DNA of 31,306 bases from a bacterium (GTDB taxonomy: Bacteria > JAMCPX01): assembly GCA_037439545.1 (NCBI GenBank), contig JBBIVV010000025.1, forward strand, positions 1 to 31,306, in the 5' to 3' direction. The first letter of the stretch is position 1; every line of letters starts with the position of its first letter. Both the position numbers and the translations under genes were made by a program. Of the stretch, positions 9,530 through 19,123 are shown in pieces. The notes beneath the pieces are model-generated. The model saw only the letters and a list, made by a program, of their open reading frames with translations, ran no database searches and was not told where the DNA came from.

Positions 9530-10287
9530 TGACCCATCCTCAATTTTACAATCTCCCTGAACGGCACATCGACGCCATTCTCATCCTTTAATACAAGCTC
9601 TACAAGCACTGCGTACGGAAGATAGTTTTTCCCCTGCAGTCTCGTGTCCCATTGGTCAACCCACTGTTTTGTGTTGGAATCAAAAAAATAAAAGGTAAGA
9701 CTGACTACGGATTTTGTTATGATAAATCCCGGTCCCTGGGTCAGAGGCACGGTGGTGAAAAACGGCTGCTCCCGGTGAATCAGATAAACCGTGTTTTTTT
9801 CCTCATCAATCTGCGAATCGTATGCAATGGCTGCATAATCGGAGCCCTGTACCTGATTGCCGATGGGTATGTTGACATGGGCCATGCTTGTGAAGAACAG
9901 CTTGTCCATAGGATTATTGTTCCACTCATCCCTTATCCCTATAAAATAGGTATAGGGGCTTATCTGCTGAGCAGGATTTATATCAAGATATGCGCTTGTG
10001 AGTTCACGTTTTAAGTGTGACATGATCTGCATGCCTACCTGATAAACCTCATTGCGCCGTTCAACATACGATTTTGCATTGAAAGCCGTGAAGAAAGACA
10101 AGTAAACGAATGAAAGAATGGCGCCGAGTATTGCAACGGATATAAGCGCCTCGAGAAGCGTAAACCCCGTTACCTGATTGTCCTTCGGGGAACGATTTGA
10201 TTTTTCCGGGTCTTTACTCTTGTCAGAGAAAGCTTCTGACGGGGTACGCCGGCTGTTGTTTTTATAGATATCGGACTGCATCGGCAT
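9526..10287 (-). CDS. gspJ: Type II secretion minor pseudopilin GspJ
   Basis: G|FTLLE prepilin motif after a 41-aa leader; C-terminal W..W...LP.AV motif; position between gspI and gspK. Confidence 0.88.
   Translation of the reverse strand: MPMQSDIYKNNSRRTPSEAFSDKSKDPEKSNRSPKDNQVTGFTLLEALISVAILGAILSFVYLSFFTAFNAKSYVERRNEVYQVGMQIMSHLKRELTSAYLDINPAQQISPYTYFIGIRDEWNNNPMDKLFFTSMAHVNIPIGNQVQGSDYAAIAYDSQIDEEKNTVYLIHREQPFFTTVPLTQGPGFIITKSVVSLTFYFFDSNTKQWVDQWDTRLQGKNYLPYAVLVELVLKDENGVDVPFREIVKLRMGQ
10164..10245. repeat. 82-bp inverted-repeat-bounded element inside the GspJ leader peptide
   Basis: Arms ACCCCGTTA (10164-10172) and TGACGGGGT (10237-10245); similar to the element in the gspG leader. Confidence 0.6.
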
Positions 10288-10751
10288 TATGGCTTCAGCG
10301 GCGTATTTGCCGTACCCTGAGTCATGCTCAATGCCGCCGGGAGATAATCAATAATCATAAGGCTCTCTTTGTTGCTGTGAAACTTCCAGATTACATTGAC
10401 TGCAAGCACATCGGGCAGGTTGATCGGCAGCTCTATGGGCAGTGACAATCCGTTTTCCAGCGTCGTATCTACCGTAAATGAGGGAAACTGTGCTGTAAAT
10501 GATTTCAATGGAGGAGGGGTCAGATCGCCGAAATTAGCCTTTATCTGTTCTTCTCCGAGCCTGTAATCCGCAAGCATCATGGCGATGCTGAGATCATTTA
10601 TATAATTTGAGGCATCGATGTTCTGGTTCTCAAGCGATTGTATCGATATCAAGCCCACTGCAAGTATTGCAACGGCTACGAGAAGCTCAAGCAGGGAAAA
10701 CCCGCTTTCCCTTTTCTTTTTATGATTTTTCCGGTTCAAAGTATTTGTCAT
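10287..10751 (-). CDS. gspI: Type II secretion minor pseudopilin GspI
   Basis: G|FSLLELLVAVAI prepilin motif; position between gspH and gspJ. Confidence 0.82.
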   Translation of the reverse strand: MTNTLNRKNHKKKRESGFSLLELLVAVAILAVGLISIQSLENQNIDASNYINDLSIAMMLADYRLGEEQIKANFGDLTPPPLKSFTAQFPSFTVDTTLENGLSLPIELPINLPDVLAVNVIWKFHSNKESLMIIDYLPAALSMTQGTANTPLKP

Positions 10752-11265
10752 ACACTATGACCCTGCCGGTAAAAGGATTCACCTCGAGTGAATAGACATC
10801 ATTTTTATCGTCAATCAGGTGAATGACCGTATAAGGCATATATCCCTGCGGATAAAACTGGATTGCAACATCCGTCGCATCCTTGCTTACCATATCTGTT
10901 CCGACGATAATGTCTTCGAACCTTATGCCGTTTGCGAGTCGTGCCGGTTTGCCGAGAACATCATTGTCCTGCTTCCACTCACAGGTATTCGTATCCAGCG
11001 TCGGCATACATTTCTCGACCCAGTATTCGTTCTTTTTAAAATCAAACTTGATCCGGTAGTAGGAGGTTTTTGAAAAGACTGCTCTGGAATAAACATACCG
11101 TATCGTTGACGAGAGCCTCTGCGCATCCGATCTGAGCTGCACACCCGTAAGATCCATGATTCTCGGCACAACCAATCCCATTACGACGGCAATGATAAAG
11201 AGGACTACCGTAAGTTCAATGAGGGTAAAGCCTTTCCCGGATCTATTAATTCGTGTCTGTATCAA
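10720..11265 (-). CDS. gspH: Type II secretion minor pseudopilin GspH
   Basis: G|FTLIEL motif; C-terminal FYPQG and PFTG; TTG start overlapping the end of gspG. Confidence 0.82.
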   Translation of the reverse strand: MIQTRINRSGKGFTLIELTVVLFIIAVVMGLVVPRIMDLTGVQLRSDAQRLSSTIRYVYSRAVFSKTSYYRIKFDFKKNEYWVEKCMPTLDTNTCEWKQDNDVLGKPARLANGIRFEDIIVGTDMVSKDATDVAIQFYPQGYMPYTVIHLIDDKNDVYSLEVNPFTGRVIVYDKYFEPEKS

Positions 11266-11770
11266 GGCTCGTTATGTCCTTGTCCTTACCCTCTCCGCCG
11301 GGTTTTCCGTCGGCGGCGTAAGAGATGATCACATAATCCGCACCATTGGGCGCAGGACTTATATAAACATAATCATTGTCCCAGGGGTCCTTCGGTATAT
11401 GGCCGCCCTCTACGTATCCCCCTTCCTTCCAGCAGCATGGTATCTTCCCTGTTGCGGGCTTTTCAATAAGTGCTTTCAAGCCCTGGTCCGTCGTCGGATA
11501 CATGTGGTTGTCGAGGTAGTAAAGTTTGAGTGCAGTTTCGAGGGACTTTATGTCCGCCCTTGCCTTGACGCGGTTTGCCTCTTCTTTTCTCGGCAGTACG
11601 TTCACGGCAACGATTGTCGCGAGCAGTCCTATGATAAGCACCACGACCATTATCTCAATAAGGGTAAACCCCGTTCGACGCTTGTCTGATGAGAAACGCT
11701 TTACCCCGGTCAAGAACCTGCCTCTGGTGAAGGAAGCTTTTAACGGGGTAATTCCTTTTTGCCTTTGCAT
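11246..11770 (-). CDS. gspG: Type II secretion major pseudopilin GspG
   Basis: G|FTLIEIMVV, YPTTDQGLKAL, PKDPW and Ca-binding DGKPGGEG..D motifs. SD AGGAGGT precedes tandem ATGs (11773/11770). Confidence 0.96.
   Translation of the reverse strand: MQRQKGITPLKASFTRGRFLTGVKRFSSDKRRTGFTLIEIMVVVLIIGLLATIVAVNVLPRKEEANRVKARADIKSLETALKLYYLDNHMYPTTDQGLKALIEKPATGKIPCCWKEGGYVEGGHIPKDPWDNDYVYISPAPNGADYVIISYAADGKPGGEGKDKDITSLDTDTN
11668..11749. repeat. 82-bp inverted-repeat-bounded element inside the GspG leader peptide
   Basis: Arms ACCCCGTT (11668-11675) and AACGGGGT (11742-11749); an internal TTACCCCG (11701-11708) is complementary to CGGGGTAA (11744-11751). Confidence 0.6.
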
Positions 11771-11781
11771 CATCGTACCTC

Positions 11782-13005
11782 CTAATGTACTAATTGATTC
11801 ATCTGAAAGATCGGCAGCAGCACGGACAGTATTATAAACAAAACAATGCCGGCCATGATAAGTATGATCACAGGTTCGAGCAGGGCAGTAAGGGCACTGA
11901 TCGCCGTCGTGACGTTGTCCTCGTACGTCATGGCGATCTTCTCAAGCATATTTTCAAGTTCTCCGCTCTGTTCTCCAACCGCTATCATCCTCGTTACCAT
12001 GGGAGGAAATACGCCGCTCGATTTCAAAGGGGCTGATATCGAAGAACCTTCGATAATCGAGACCTTCGCCTTTTCGATGGCACTGCCGATAATACTGTTG
12101 TTGACGATCGTCTTTACTATATCCATTGCCTTTACAACAGGCACACCGCTTCTAAGCAATGTCGCCAGTGTACGGGTAAACCGTGCTATTATGACGAGCT
12201 TTATGAGCCTTCCGAAAACAGGCAGTCTTAAAAGCATATTTTCATACTTTATCCTGCCTTTGTCCGTTTTTATGTACCACCTGAGAAAGTAATACATACC
12301 TATAAATCCACCGAGGAACAAATACCAGTAAGAAGTCATTATATTGCTCATAAAAATAAGCATCCTGGTGAAAATAGGCAAAGTCTGGTTCATGTCTTTG
12401 AATAGCTGGGTGACCTTTGGAATAACGAAGGTCATGAGTACGACAATAACAAGCATTGCAAGTAAAACCATAATCGCAGGATAAATGAGCGTTGCTATGA
12501 CCCTGTACTTCAATTTGACCTGATTCTCGATATAATCGGCAAGTCTTTGAAGAACAACGTCCAGTGCACCGCTGGATTCTCCCGCAGCAACCATGTTGAC
12601 GTAAAATTCCGGGAATACCCTGGGCGCTATTTTCAATGCATCTGCGAACGAACTCCCCTCATTTACCTTTGTCTTGATGTTGCTGATTATTTTCTTGAGT
12701 TTTATTTTATCTATCTGTTCAACGATGGCATCGAGTGCATCAATAAGCGTAAGCCCGGCACTGAGGAGACTTGAGAGCTGCCTTGTGACGATTGCAACAT
12801 CCTGCTGGCTGATGCTCGTAAAGATATCGGATACCGTCGCCTTCGTTATGTCAGAGGCATGTTCCTCGGCCTCCTGCTTGAAATCAGTCGCGTAAACACC
12901 CATTTCCTTGAGCTTTACACGTGCCTGATGCTGGTTATCAGCTTCTACAATCCCCCGCGTCGACTGTCCCTGCACCGTAAAACCTTTGTACTCAAAAATT
13001 GGCAT
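11782..13005 (-). CDS. gspF: Type II secretion inner-membrane platform protein GspF
   Basis: RQLSSLLSAG, AGESSGAL, YP, VGEQSGEL and LEP motifs of the GspF/PilC family. Confidence 0.95.
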   Translation of the reverse strand: MPIFEYKGFTVQGQSTRGIVEADNQHQARVKLKEMGVYATDFKQEAEEHASDITKATVSDIFTSISQQDVAIVTRQLSSLLSAGLTLIDALDAIVEQIDKIKLKKIISNIKTKVNEGSSFADALKIAPRVFPEFYVNMVAAGESSGALDVVLQRLADYIENQVKLKYRVIATLIYPAIMVLLAMLVIVVLMTFVIPKVTQLFKDMNQTLPIFTRMLIFMSNIMTSYWYLFLGGFIGMYYFLRWYIKTDKGRIKYENMLLRLPVFGRLIKLVIIARFTRTLATLLRSGVPVVKAMDIVKTIVNNSIIGSAIEKAKVSIIEGSSISAPLKSSGVFPPMVTRMIAVGEQSGELENMLEKIAMTYEDNVTTAISALTALLEPVIILIMAGIVLFIILSVLLPIFQMNQLVH

Positions 13006-13015
13006 AAAATATATA

Positions 13016-14734
13016 TCAAACGATCTCGGTCACTTCTTCCTGAGTAACCCTCAAAACCTCTCGTACTGTCGTAATTCCTTCGATAATCTTTTTCATCCCG
13101 TCTTCTTTTAATGATGTCATGCCTTTGTTGACCGCAGCCTTCTTTATCATCGAGGAATCGACTCCTCTCGTGATCATAGACCTTATTTCATCGTCGATGA
13201 CAAGGATCTCGTAGATGCCGGTCCTTCCTTTGTAACCTGTATTGACACAGTTGCCGCAGCCATTGCCCTTGTAGATGACGCCGTCCTTTAAACTATTCCG
13301 TGTTATACCTATCTCCAGCAGCTCATCATCCCCGGGCTTGTAAGCTGTTTTACATACCGGGCAGATTGTCCTGACGAGCCTCTGCGCGGCGATTGCGACG
13401 ACTGACGAGGAAACGAGAAAAGACTCTATGCCCATATCTATCAATCTTGTTATGCCGCCTGCAGCATCATTCGTATGCAGGGTCGAGAACACAAGGTGGC
13501 CTGTTAAGGATGCCTGCACCGCTATTTCCGCAGTTTCCTTGTCCCTTATTTCACCGACAAGCACGATATCGGGATCCTGCCTCAGAATAGACCTGAGACC
13601 GTTGGCAAAGGTAAGATCTATCTTCGAGTTGACCTGTATCTGGCCTATCCCATTTATCTGATATTCGACGGGATCCTCTATAGTCAAAATATTGACCTCC
13701 GGTGAATTAAGGACCGACAGCACGGAATACAGTGTCGTCGTTTTGCCGCTCCCGGTCGGACCCGTTACGAGCACGATACCGTTGCTTCTTTTTATGAGCT
13801 GGTTGATCAGTTTCAGTTTTTCTTCACTCAAGCCTATACTGTTCAAACCGATGAGTACGCTTGATCTATCGAGCAGCCTCATAACGACTCTTTCCCCGAA
13901 CGAGGTCGGTATCACCGATGTCCTTATGTCCACATCCTTGCCTGCTATCTTGATCCTTATCCTCCCGTCCTGCGGCAGCCTTTTCTCGGCTATGTTCATA
14001 CCCGCCATTACTTTTATTCTCGATGTGATACTTGATTGGAAACGTTTTGGCGGCTTGATGATTTCGTAGAGGATACCGTCTATCCTGTATCTTACGGATA
14101 CTTCTTTTTCAAAAGGCTCGATATGAATATCGCTCGCACGCTTTTTCACCGCTTCGAACATAAGAGAGTTTATGAGCCTTATGATGGGCGCCTCATCTGT
14201 GGCATCAAGCAGGTCCTCCGGCTCGCTCAGTTCCTGAGCTACGTGATCGAGGTTCGCATCCTCGAGCTCATCAACCATGTCTTCCGTGCTTACCTGGATC
14301 CTGTCGTAGTAAATGTTTACCGCGTTTATAACATCCTTCTGGCTCACCAGTACGGGGATGACGGGCATATGTAAAAAGAGCTCTGCATCGTTGATAGCTT
14401 CGATATTCGTAGGATCGACAATGCCCAGTTTTACGAAACCGTTTGCTTTAACTATGGGTATGATGCCGAACCGTCTTGATAATGTTTTGGGAAATTTTTG
14501 GATAAGTTCTATATCCAGTTTCAAGCTGGTCAGATTGTTTATGTATTCAAGATCAAACTGAGAAGCCAGTGCCTTCATGAGATCCATTTCCGTGATAATC
14601 TTGAATTTCGTGAGAAGCAGTTCCCCGAGCCTGCCGCCCTTCTCCTTTTGATACGCAAGCGCCTCTTCAATCTGCGCAGGCGTTATTACTTTGTTATTTA
14701 ATAATATCTCGCCTATTAAAGGCTTTTGTTTCAT
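13016..14734 (-). CDS. gspE: Type II secretion ATPase GspE with N-terminal MshEN-type domain
   Basis: ASDIHIEP, RLPQDGR, Walker A GPTGSGKT, EDPVE, RQDPD, TGHLV and tetracysteine CPVC...CGNC motifs. Confidence 0.96.
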   Translation of the reverse strand: MKQKPLIGEILLNNKVITPAQIEEALAYQKEKGGRLGELLLTKFKIITEMDLMKALASQFDLEYINNLTSLKLDIELIQKFPKTLSRRFGIIPIVKANGFVKLGIVDPTNIEAINDAELFLHMPVIPVLVSQKDVINAVNIYYDRIQVSTEDMVDELEDANLDHVAQELSEPEDLLDATDEAPIIRLINSLMFEAVKKRASDIHIEPFEKEVSVRYRIDGILYEIIKPPKRFQSSITSRIKVMAGMNIAEKRLPQDGRIRIKIAGKDVDIRTSVIPTSFGERVVMRLLDRSSVLIGLNSIGLSEEKLKLINQLIKRSNGIVLVTGPTGSGKTTTLYSVLSVLNSPEVNILTIEDPVEYQINGIGQIQVNSKIDLTFANGLRSILRQDPDIVLVGEIRDKETAEIAVQASLTGHLVFSTLHTNDAAGGITRLIDMGIESFLVSSSVVAIAAQRLVRTICPVCKTAYKPGDDELLEIGITRNSLKDGVIYKGNGCGNCVNTGYKGRTGIYEILVIDDEIRSMITRGVDSSMIKKAAVNKGMTSLKEDGMKKIIEGITTVREVLRVTQEEVTEIV

Positions 14735-17109
14735 GGTTTATTGACCGTAGTTCCCGAGGTCGTATCCGACGGGGTCAATGCTTCGGTGGTAAATGCAGTG
14801 CCTGACGGTTTTTCCGAACCCGTTGTTTCCGTAACCTGCTGCGATTCCCGGGATACGGGCATCAGTTCAACCGGCGATGTCCCTGTCGTAACCGGCACGC
14901 CCGAAGAGACCGCCGAAATGGCAGCACCCGCTGTCACCGGTGACACCGTGGTCTGCGTTATCGTGGCAGGTGTTTCCGTAACTGCCGCCTGAGCGGGGAA
15001 TTCTCCTTCCGGAGTGATGTATGTTTCACCGGTAAACAGGAGTGGTTTTAACGGTTGCGCATTTGTTTTTGAAGCGTTATTCATGCTTTTGAATGTTTCC
15101 GAAAAGGGGCTGTTTTTCAGCTCATAGCCGAATGCATCTTTTTCGAACTTTTTACTCTGAGCTTCCTTCATACTGTTTATTGCCGCAATATCGGACTGCC
15201 CTTTTACGATATAGGGGGTAAGAAATATCATAAGGTTTGTCTTGTCCTTTGATTTATTGGAATACCTGAACAGCCAGCCTATTATCGGAAGATCCCCGAG
15301 AAAAGGAATTTTGCTTTCACTCACACTTGAATTGTTCTGGAGCAGCCCTCCGATAACTATCGTACTTCTGTCTTTAATGGTCACAACGGTCTCTGCCGAT
15401 CGTTTTGATGTCGTTATTCCGACTGAATTGGCGTTCAATCCCTGCGGTGACGGAATAATGGCTGTCAGTTCGAAATTCAACTTCAGTCTTACATAATCGC
15501 CTGCATTGATCTGCGGCGTAATCTTCAGTTTCAGACCCACATCCTGTCTCTGTACGAATGTCTGGGTGTATCCGCTGACCTGGCCTATGGCCTGCCCCGT
15601 CGGCATCGGCACGTTCTGCCCGACCATGATCTCGGCGGGTTCGTTGTCCGTCGCAAGTATATTCGGCGTCGACAGGACGTTCGCTTCACTGTTGGTTTCA
15701 AGTGCGTTGATAAAAGAAACAATATTTGGATAGGTAACACCGTTGAGTGTGATCGTACCGTTTATTATGCCCATGGACAGACCTGCCTGGCTAAAAGGAC
15801 CGAGGGGACTCGTGGTCGTCGGGACTATTTGACTGCCTGCTCCCATATTGCTGACTCCGCCAAGGTGGGTCCCGCCCGCATACAGGTTCGGGATGGCGTT
15901 CAGATCGACGCCGAGCTGTTTCGTCCCGCTCATGGACAGCTCTGCTATGACAGCCTGAACATAAACTTCCCTTCTTCTTATATCGAGGTCCTGGATCACG
16001 CCTTTGATAACTTCGTAGTCCTGCGGAGTTGCAATGATGATCAATGAATTGGTTGCCGGATCAGCCGAGATCTTTACACCGCCCGCAAGCTGCGCTACGG
16101 CCGGGCCCCGCTGACCCGCGGCCTGGCCGGGCATCGAAGGTGTGCTGCTCCCTGCAAGGTTTGCAAGAGTAGATGCGAGTTTTTCGGCATTTGCATTTTT
16201 CAGATAATAAACATGTATCTGCCCTTCTCCGACAACAGGGACGTCGAGCTTTTTGATCAATGCCTCAATGGATGCTATCTCATCGAGACTTGCCACAAGG
16301 ATAATGGCGTTCGTCCTGTCATCGGAAAGCACCTTGATCGGCTGCTGGGCCTGGCCCGGCTGGTTTTGCTTGAAGAAGCCGAAGGTAGGTCTTGCCTGTC
16401 CCGCATAAAGATTGTTTATTATGCCTGCCACACTCTGTGCGGTTGCATATTTCAATTGTATTACCTGTATGGTCTGTCTGTTTATGTCCGTATCGAGTTC
16501 ACGAACGATCTTGAGCAGCCTATCGATGTTTGATGCTGCCTCTGTAACGATGAGCGTATTCGTCGGATCATAGGGTTGTATGTTCCCGAATGCAGACAAA
16601 AAAGGCCTGAGGACATTTGCCATATCACTCGCCGTTATATAGCGGAGCGGTATGACCTGGGTTATGTAAACATCGCTCGTTTGTTCCGGTGACCTTCCCA
16701 TGTAGGTGCTGATATTGGTCCCTTTGGCATCCCTTAACGACAGGATCTTTATAATGCTCCCTGTCCCGACGGTGGTAAGCTGATTGACCTGCAGAACAGA
16801 TTCGAATACCTGCCACGCCTCGTCTATTGTTACAGAAGTAGGTGAAATGATCGTGACCTTTCCGCTTATGCCCTGCCCGAGTATAAAGTCTTTTCCCGTG
16901 ATCTTGCTTATTACCTTTATAAAATCCTTGATATCGACATCGTTGAAATCCATAGTTACCTTTTGAACTGCCCTGGGCTGTATCTTCCTTGCAGGTGTGT
17001 GGACTGTTACCGAAGTAACGGGGTTTCCGGCTTCCTGTGCCATCAGGGATGACGGCAGCAAGAGCGTCATTATGCATAAGAGAATATATAAAACTGCTTT
17101 TTTATTCAT
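14731..17109 (-). CDS. gspD: Type II secretion secretin GspD
   Basis: Signal peptide, N0-N3 domains, secretin motifs (LSTPNI, VGLKLKITPQIN, KIPFLGDLPIIGWLF, LMIFLTP), Thr/Pro-rich tail. Confidence 0.96.
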   Translation of the reverse strand: MNKKAVLYILLCIMTLLLPSSLMAQEAGNPVTSVTVHTPARKIQPRAVQKVTMDFNDVDIKDFIKVISKITGKDFILGQGISGKVTIISPTSVTIDEAWQVFESVLQVNQLTTVGTGSIIKILSLRDAKGTNISTYMGRSPEQTSDVYITQVIPLRYITASDMANVLRPFLSAFGNIQPYDPTNTLIVTEAASNIDRLLKIVRELDTDINRQTIQVIQLKYATAQSVAGIINNLYAGQARPTFGFFKQNQPGQAQQPIKVLSDDRTNAIILVASLDEIASIEALIKKLDVPVVGEGQIHVYYLKNANAEKLASTLANLAGSSTPSMPGQAAGQRGPAVAQLAGGVKISADPATNSLIIIATPQDYEVIKGVIQDLDIRRREVYVQAVIAELSMSGTKQLGVDLNAIPNLYAGGTHLGGVSNMGAGSQIVPTTTSPLGPFSQAGLSMGIINGTITLNGVTYPNIVSFINALETNSEANVLSTPNILATDNEPAEIMVGQNVPMPTGQAIGQVSGYTQTFVQRQDVGLKLKITPQINAGDYVRLKLNFELTAIIPSPQGLNANSVGITTSKRSAETVVTIKDRSTIVIGGLLQNNSSVSESKIPFLGDLPIIGWLFRYSNKSKDKTNLMIFLTPYIVKGQSDIAAINSMKEAQSKKFEKDAFGYELKNSPFSETFKSMNNASKTNAQPLKPLLFTGETYITPEGEFPAQAAVTETPATITQTTVSPVTAGAAISAVSSGVPVTTGTSPVELMPVSRESQQVTETTGSEKPSGTAFTTEALTPSDTTSGTTVNKP

Positions 17110-17119
17110 TTTTCACCTT

Positions 17120-17986
17120 TTACTGTACCGTATAATTTAAGGTCATCGACTGACCGTTCCTGCTTACATTAACCGTAAACCGTCTTTCATTCTGCAATTG
17201 CTGGAAAAGCTGCATGGCGCTTTCCGGCGTCGTAACCTGAATACCGTTAACGCTGTGTATGACATCTCCGTCCTGTAATCCAATATTTGCATACAGACTT
17301 CCGGGTGTTATTGCAAATATTTTATACCCGTCTATTCTGCCGTCAGCCAGGTTTGGGACAACTCTTGCCTGTGTCAGCAACGTGCCCATGTTCTGTGTCG
17401 CCGACTTAAACTGGTTCTCGGGTATTACATAATTGCCCTTGCTGACCTGCTGTATGTTTTCTCCTGCCGGCGCCGAATTAGCACCTGACTCCGGACTTCC
17501 CTCTTCGAACATACTCAATTCTTCTTTAGCACCATTATGCAATATTATCACTTTTTTCCGTTCTATGGATAATATGATTGCGTTCCCGAGGTGGTCTTTC
17601 ACCCTGTAAACGCTTGTATCGCTGTCAAGCTGAATGACTGCATATGCATACTCGGGCGATCCTGAGACAGTACCAAGCAGCTTGGCATTAAGGTTGGTCT
17701 TGGATACGGGTCCGGAGCCGCCGGTGGTCATCTCATCGAGACCCTGTGCCGAGGAATTAAATATATTCCGTTCTACGATACTCGTGTAGTACCCCTGGTC
17801 CTTCTTTACCTGAGATACCATCGTCTTTTGCTGCACGGTTGCATTGCCGGCCCCTGCAGAAGGCAGGATGAATAGTTTCGATCGTACATAGGCCGATGTA
17901 AAGGACGCCAGTATGTACGCCAGTACAATCAGTAATACAAGATTAATGAGCCATGAATACTTTTTAAACAACTCTATGTAATTCAT
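17120..17986 (-). CDS. gspC: Type II secretion protein GspC (TM-HR-PDZ)
   Basis: N-terminal TM, RNIF, LLGT HR domain, PDZ domain (GLQDGDVIHSVNG); alternative start 18007; overlaps the end of hflX. Confidence 0.9.
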   Translation of the reverse strand: MNYIELFKKYSWLINLVLLIVLAYILASFTSAYVRSKLFILPSAGAGNATVQQKTMVSQVKKDQGYYTSIVERNIFNSSAQGLDEMTTGGSGPVSKTNLNAKLLGTVSGSPEYAYAVIQLDSDTSVYRVKDHLGNAIILSIERKKVIILHNGAKEELSMFEEGSPESGANSAPAGENIQQVSKGNYVIPENQFKSATQNMGTLLTQARVVPNLADGRIDGYKIFAITPGSLYANIGLQDGDVIHSVNGIQVTTPESAMQLFQQLQNERRFTVNVSRNGQSMTLNYTVQ

Positions 17987-19103
17987 TGTTATCCCATAAT
18001 TTGGCATGATGCCTTATCAATATAAGTTCTTTCATTATCATATCTTTAAGCGTGTCTATACCCGTTCCATCTTTTGCCGATATAAGAACACTATTCTCAT
18101 AGCTATCCGTTATTCCTGTCAAGGATATATCCTGCCCTATCCTGTCGGCTTTGTTGAAGACATAGATTGCAGGGATCCTTTCAGCTCCCATTTCGCCGAG
18201 AACACCTTGAACGACTTTTATATCGTTTTCATATTCCACCTTGGACACATCGACCACAAAAAGCAGCAGAGCGGCATTTGCTACATCCTCAAGGGTGGTC
18301 CTGAAAGCCTTTATAAGCTGCACCGGCAGGTCCTCTATGAAGCCGACTGTATCGGTAACGAGCGCAAAAGTTCCATCTTGCAGCCGCAGCCTTTTTGATA
18401 CCGGATCAAGGGTGGTAAACAGGCTGGCGCTTGATTGCATATCCGTCCTCGCAAGCTTATTGAGAAGAGTAGATTTGCCTGCACTTGTATAGCCGACGAG
18501 AGAAATAAGAGGTATGCCTGTCTTTACTCTCCTGCTTTGTTGAACCATCCTTTGTCTTTTAACGGTATCCATAAGCTGTTTTATCCTGTTTAACCTCTCT
18601 TTTATCTTTCTCCTGTCCGTCTCGAGCTTTGTTTCGCCCGGTCCTCTTGTCCCGACACCACCGCCCGTCTGCGACATAACGACGCCTTTGCCGGTAAGCC
18701 TCGGGAGCATGTATCTCAGTAATGCTTCTTCCACCTCGAGTTTTCCCTCTTTTGAGTGAGCCCTTCTTGCGAATATATCTATGATCAGCCTGGTTCTGTC
18801 TATGAGTCTTCTGTCAATTATTGTTTCAATGTTTCTCTGCTGCTGCGGGGTGAGTTCCCTGTCTAAGACAATCACATCCACGTTCAACTGTTCGGCAATC
18901 TCGTTGATCTTAACGACCTGTCCGCTGCCGAGCAGAGTCGAAACGTTGGGCTGTTTGACCCTCTGCACAATGGTTTCTACGACATCTCCTCCGTCTGCCT
19001 GGATAAGTCCGCTCAGCTCATCCATATACCTTGCCGTATCTCTGCCGGCCTCCCTGCTTGTCTGTATGTGTACGGCAAGCACCTTTTCATTGCTGCTTAT
19101 CAT
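17964..19103 (-). CDS. hflX: Ribosome-splitting GTPase HflX
   Basis: IFARRA..EGKL, RGPGETKLE, G1 GYTSAGKST, LFTTLDP, DTVGFI, NKAD and SAK motifs; directly after hfq. The start could be the GTG at 19139. Confidence 0.95.
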   Translation of the reverse strand: MISSNEKVLAVHIQTSREAGRDTARYMDELSGLIQADGGDVVETIVQRVKQPNVSTLLGSGQVVKINEIAEQLNVDVIVLDRELTPQQQRNIETIIDRRLIDRTRLIIDIFARRAHSKEGKLEVEEALLRYMLPRLTGKGVVMSQTGGGVGTRGPGETKLETDRRKIKERLNRIKQLMDTVKRQRMVQQSRRVKTGIPLISLVGYTSAGKSTLLNKLARTDMQSSASLFTTLDPVSKRLRLQDGTFALVTDTVGFIEDLPVQLIKAFRTTLEDVANAALLLFVVDVSKVEYENDIKVVQGVLGEMGAERIPAIYVFNKADRIGQDISLTGITDSYENSVLISAKDGTGIDTLKDMIMKELILIRHHAKLWDNNELHRVV

Positions 19104-19123
19104 TTTAATCGCCGGATTACCGG

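Noticed and set aside
14765..14776. GACGGGGT in the gspD tail as another copy of the palindromic element
   Set aside because: Only an 8-nt match with no partner arm; explained by Thr-Pro-Ser codons.
18468..18495. HflX G1 variant GYTSAGKST as a sign of inactivation
   Set aside because: The N->S change is at a variable P-loop position; GKS and the other G motifs are intact.
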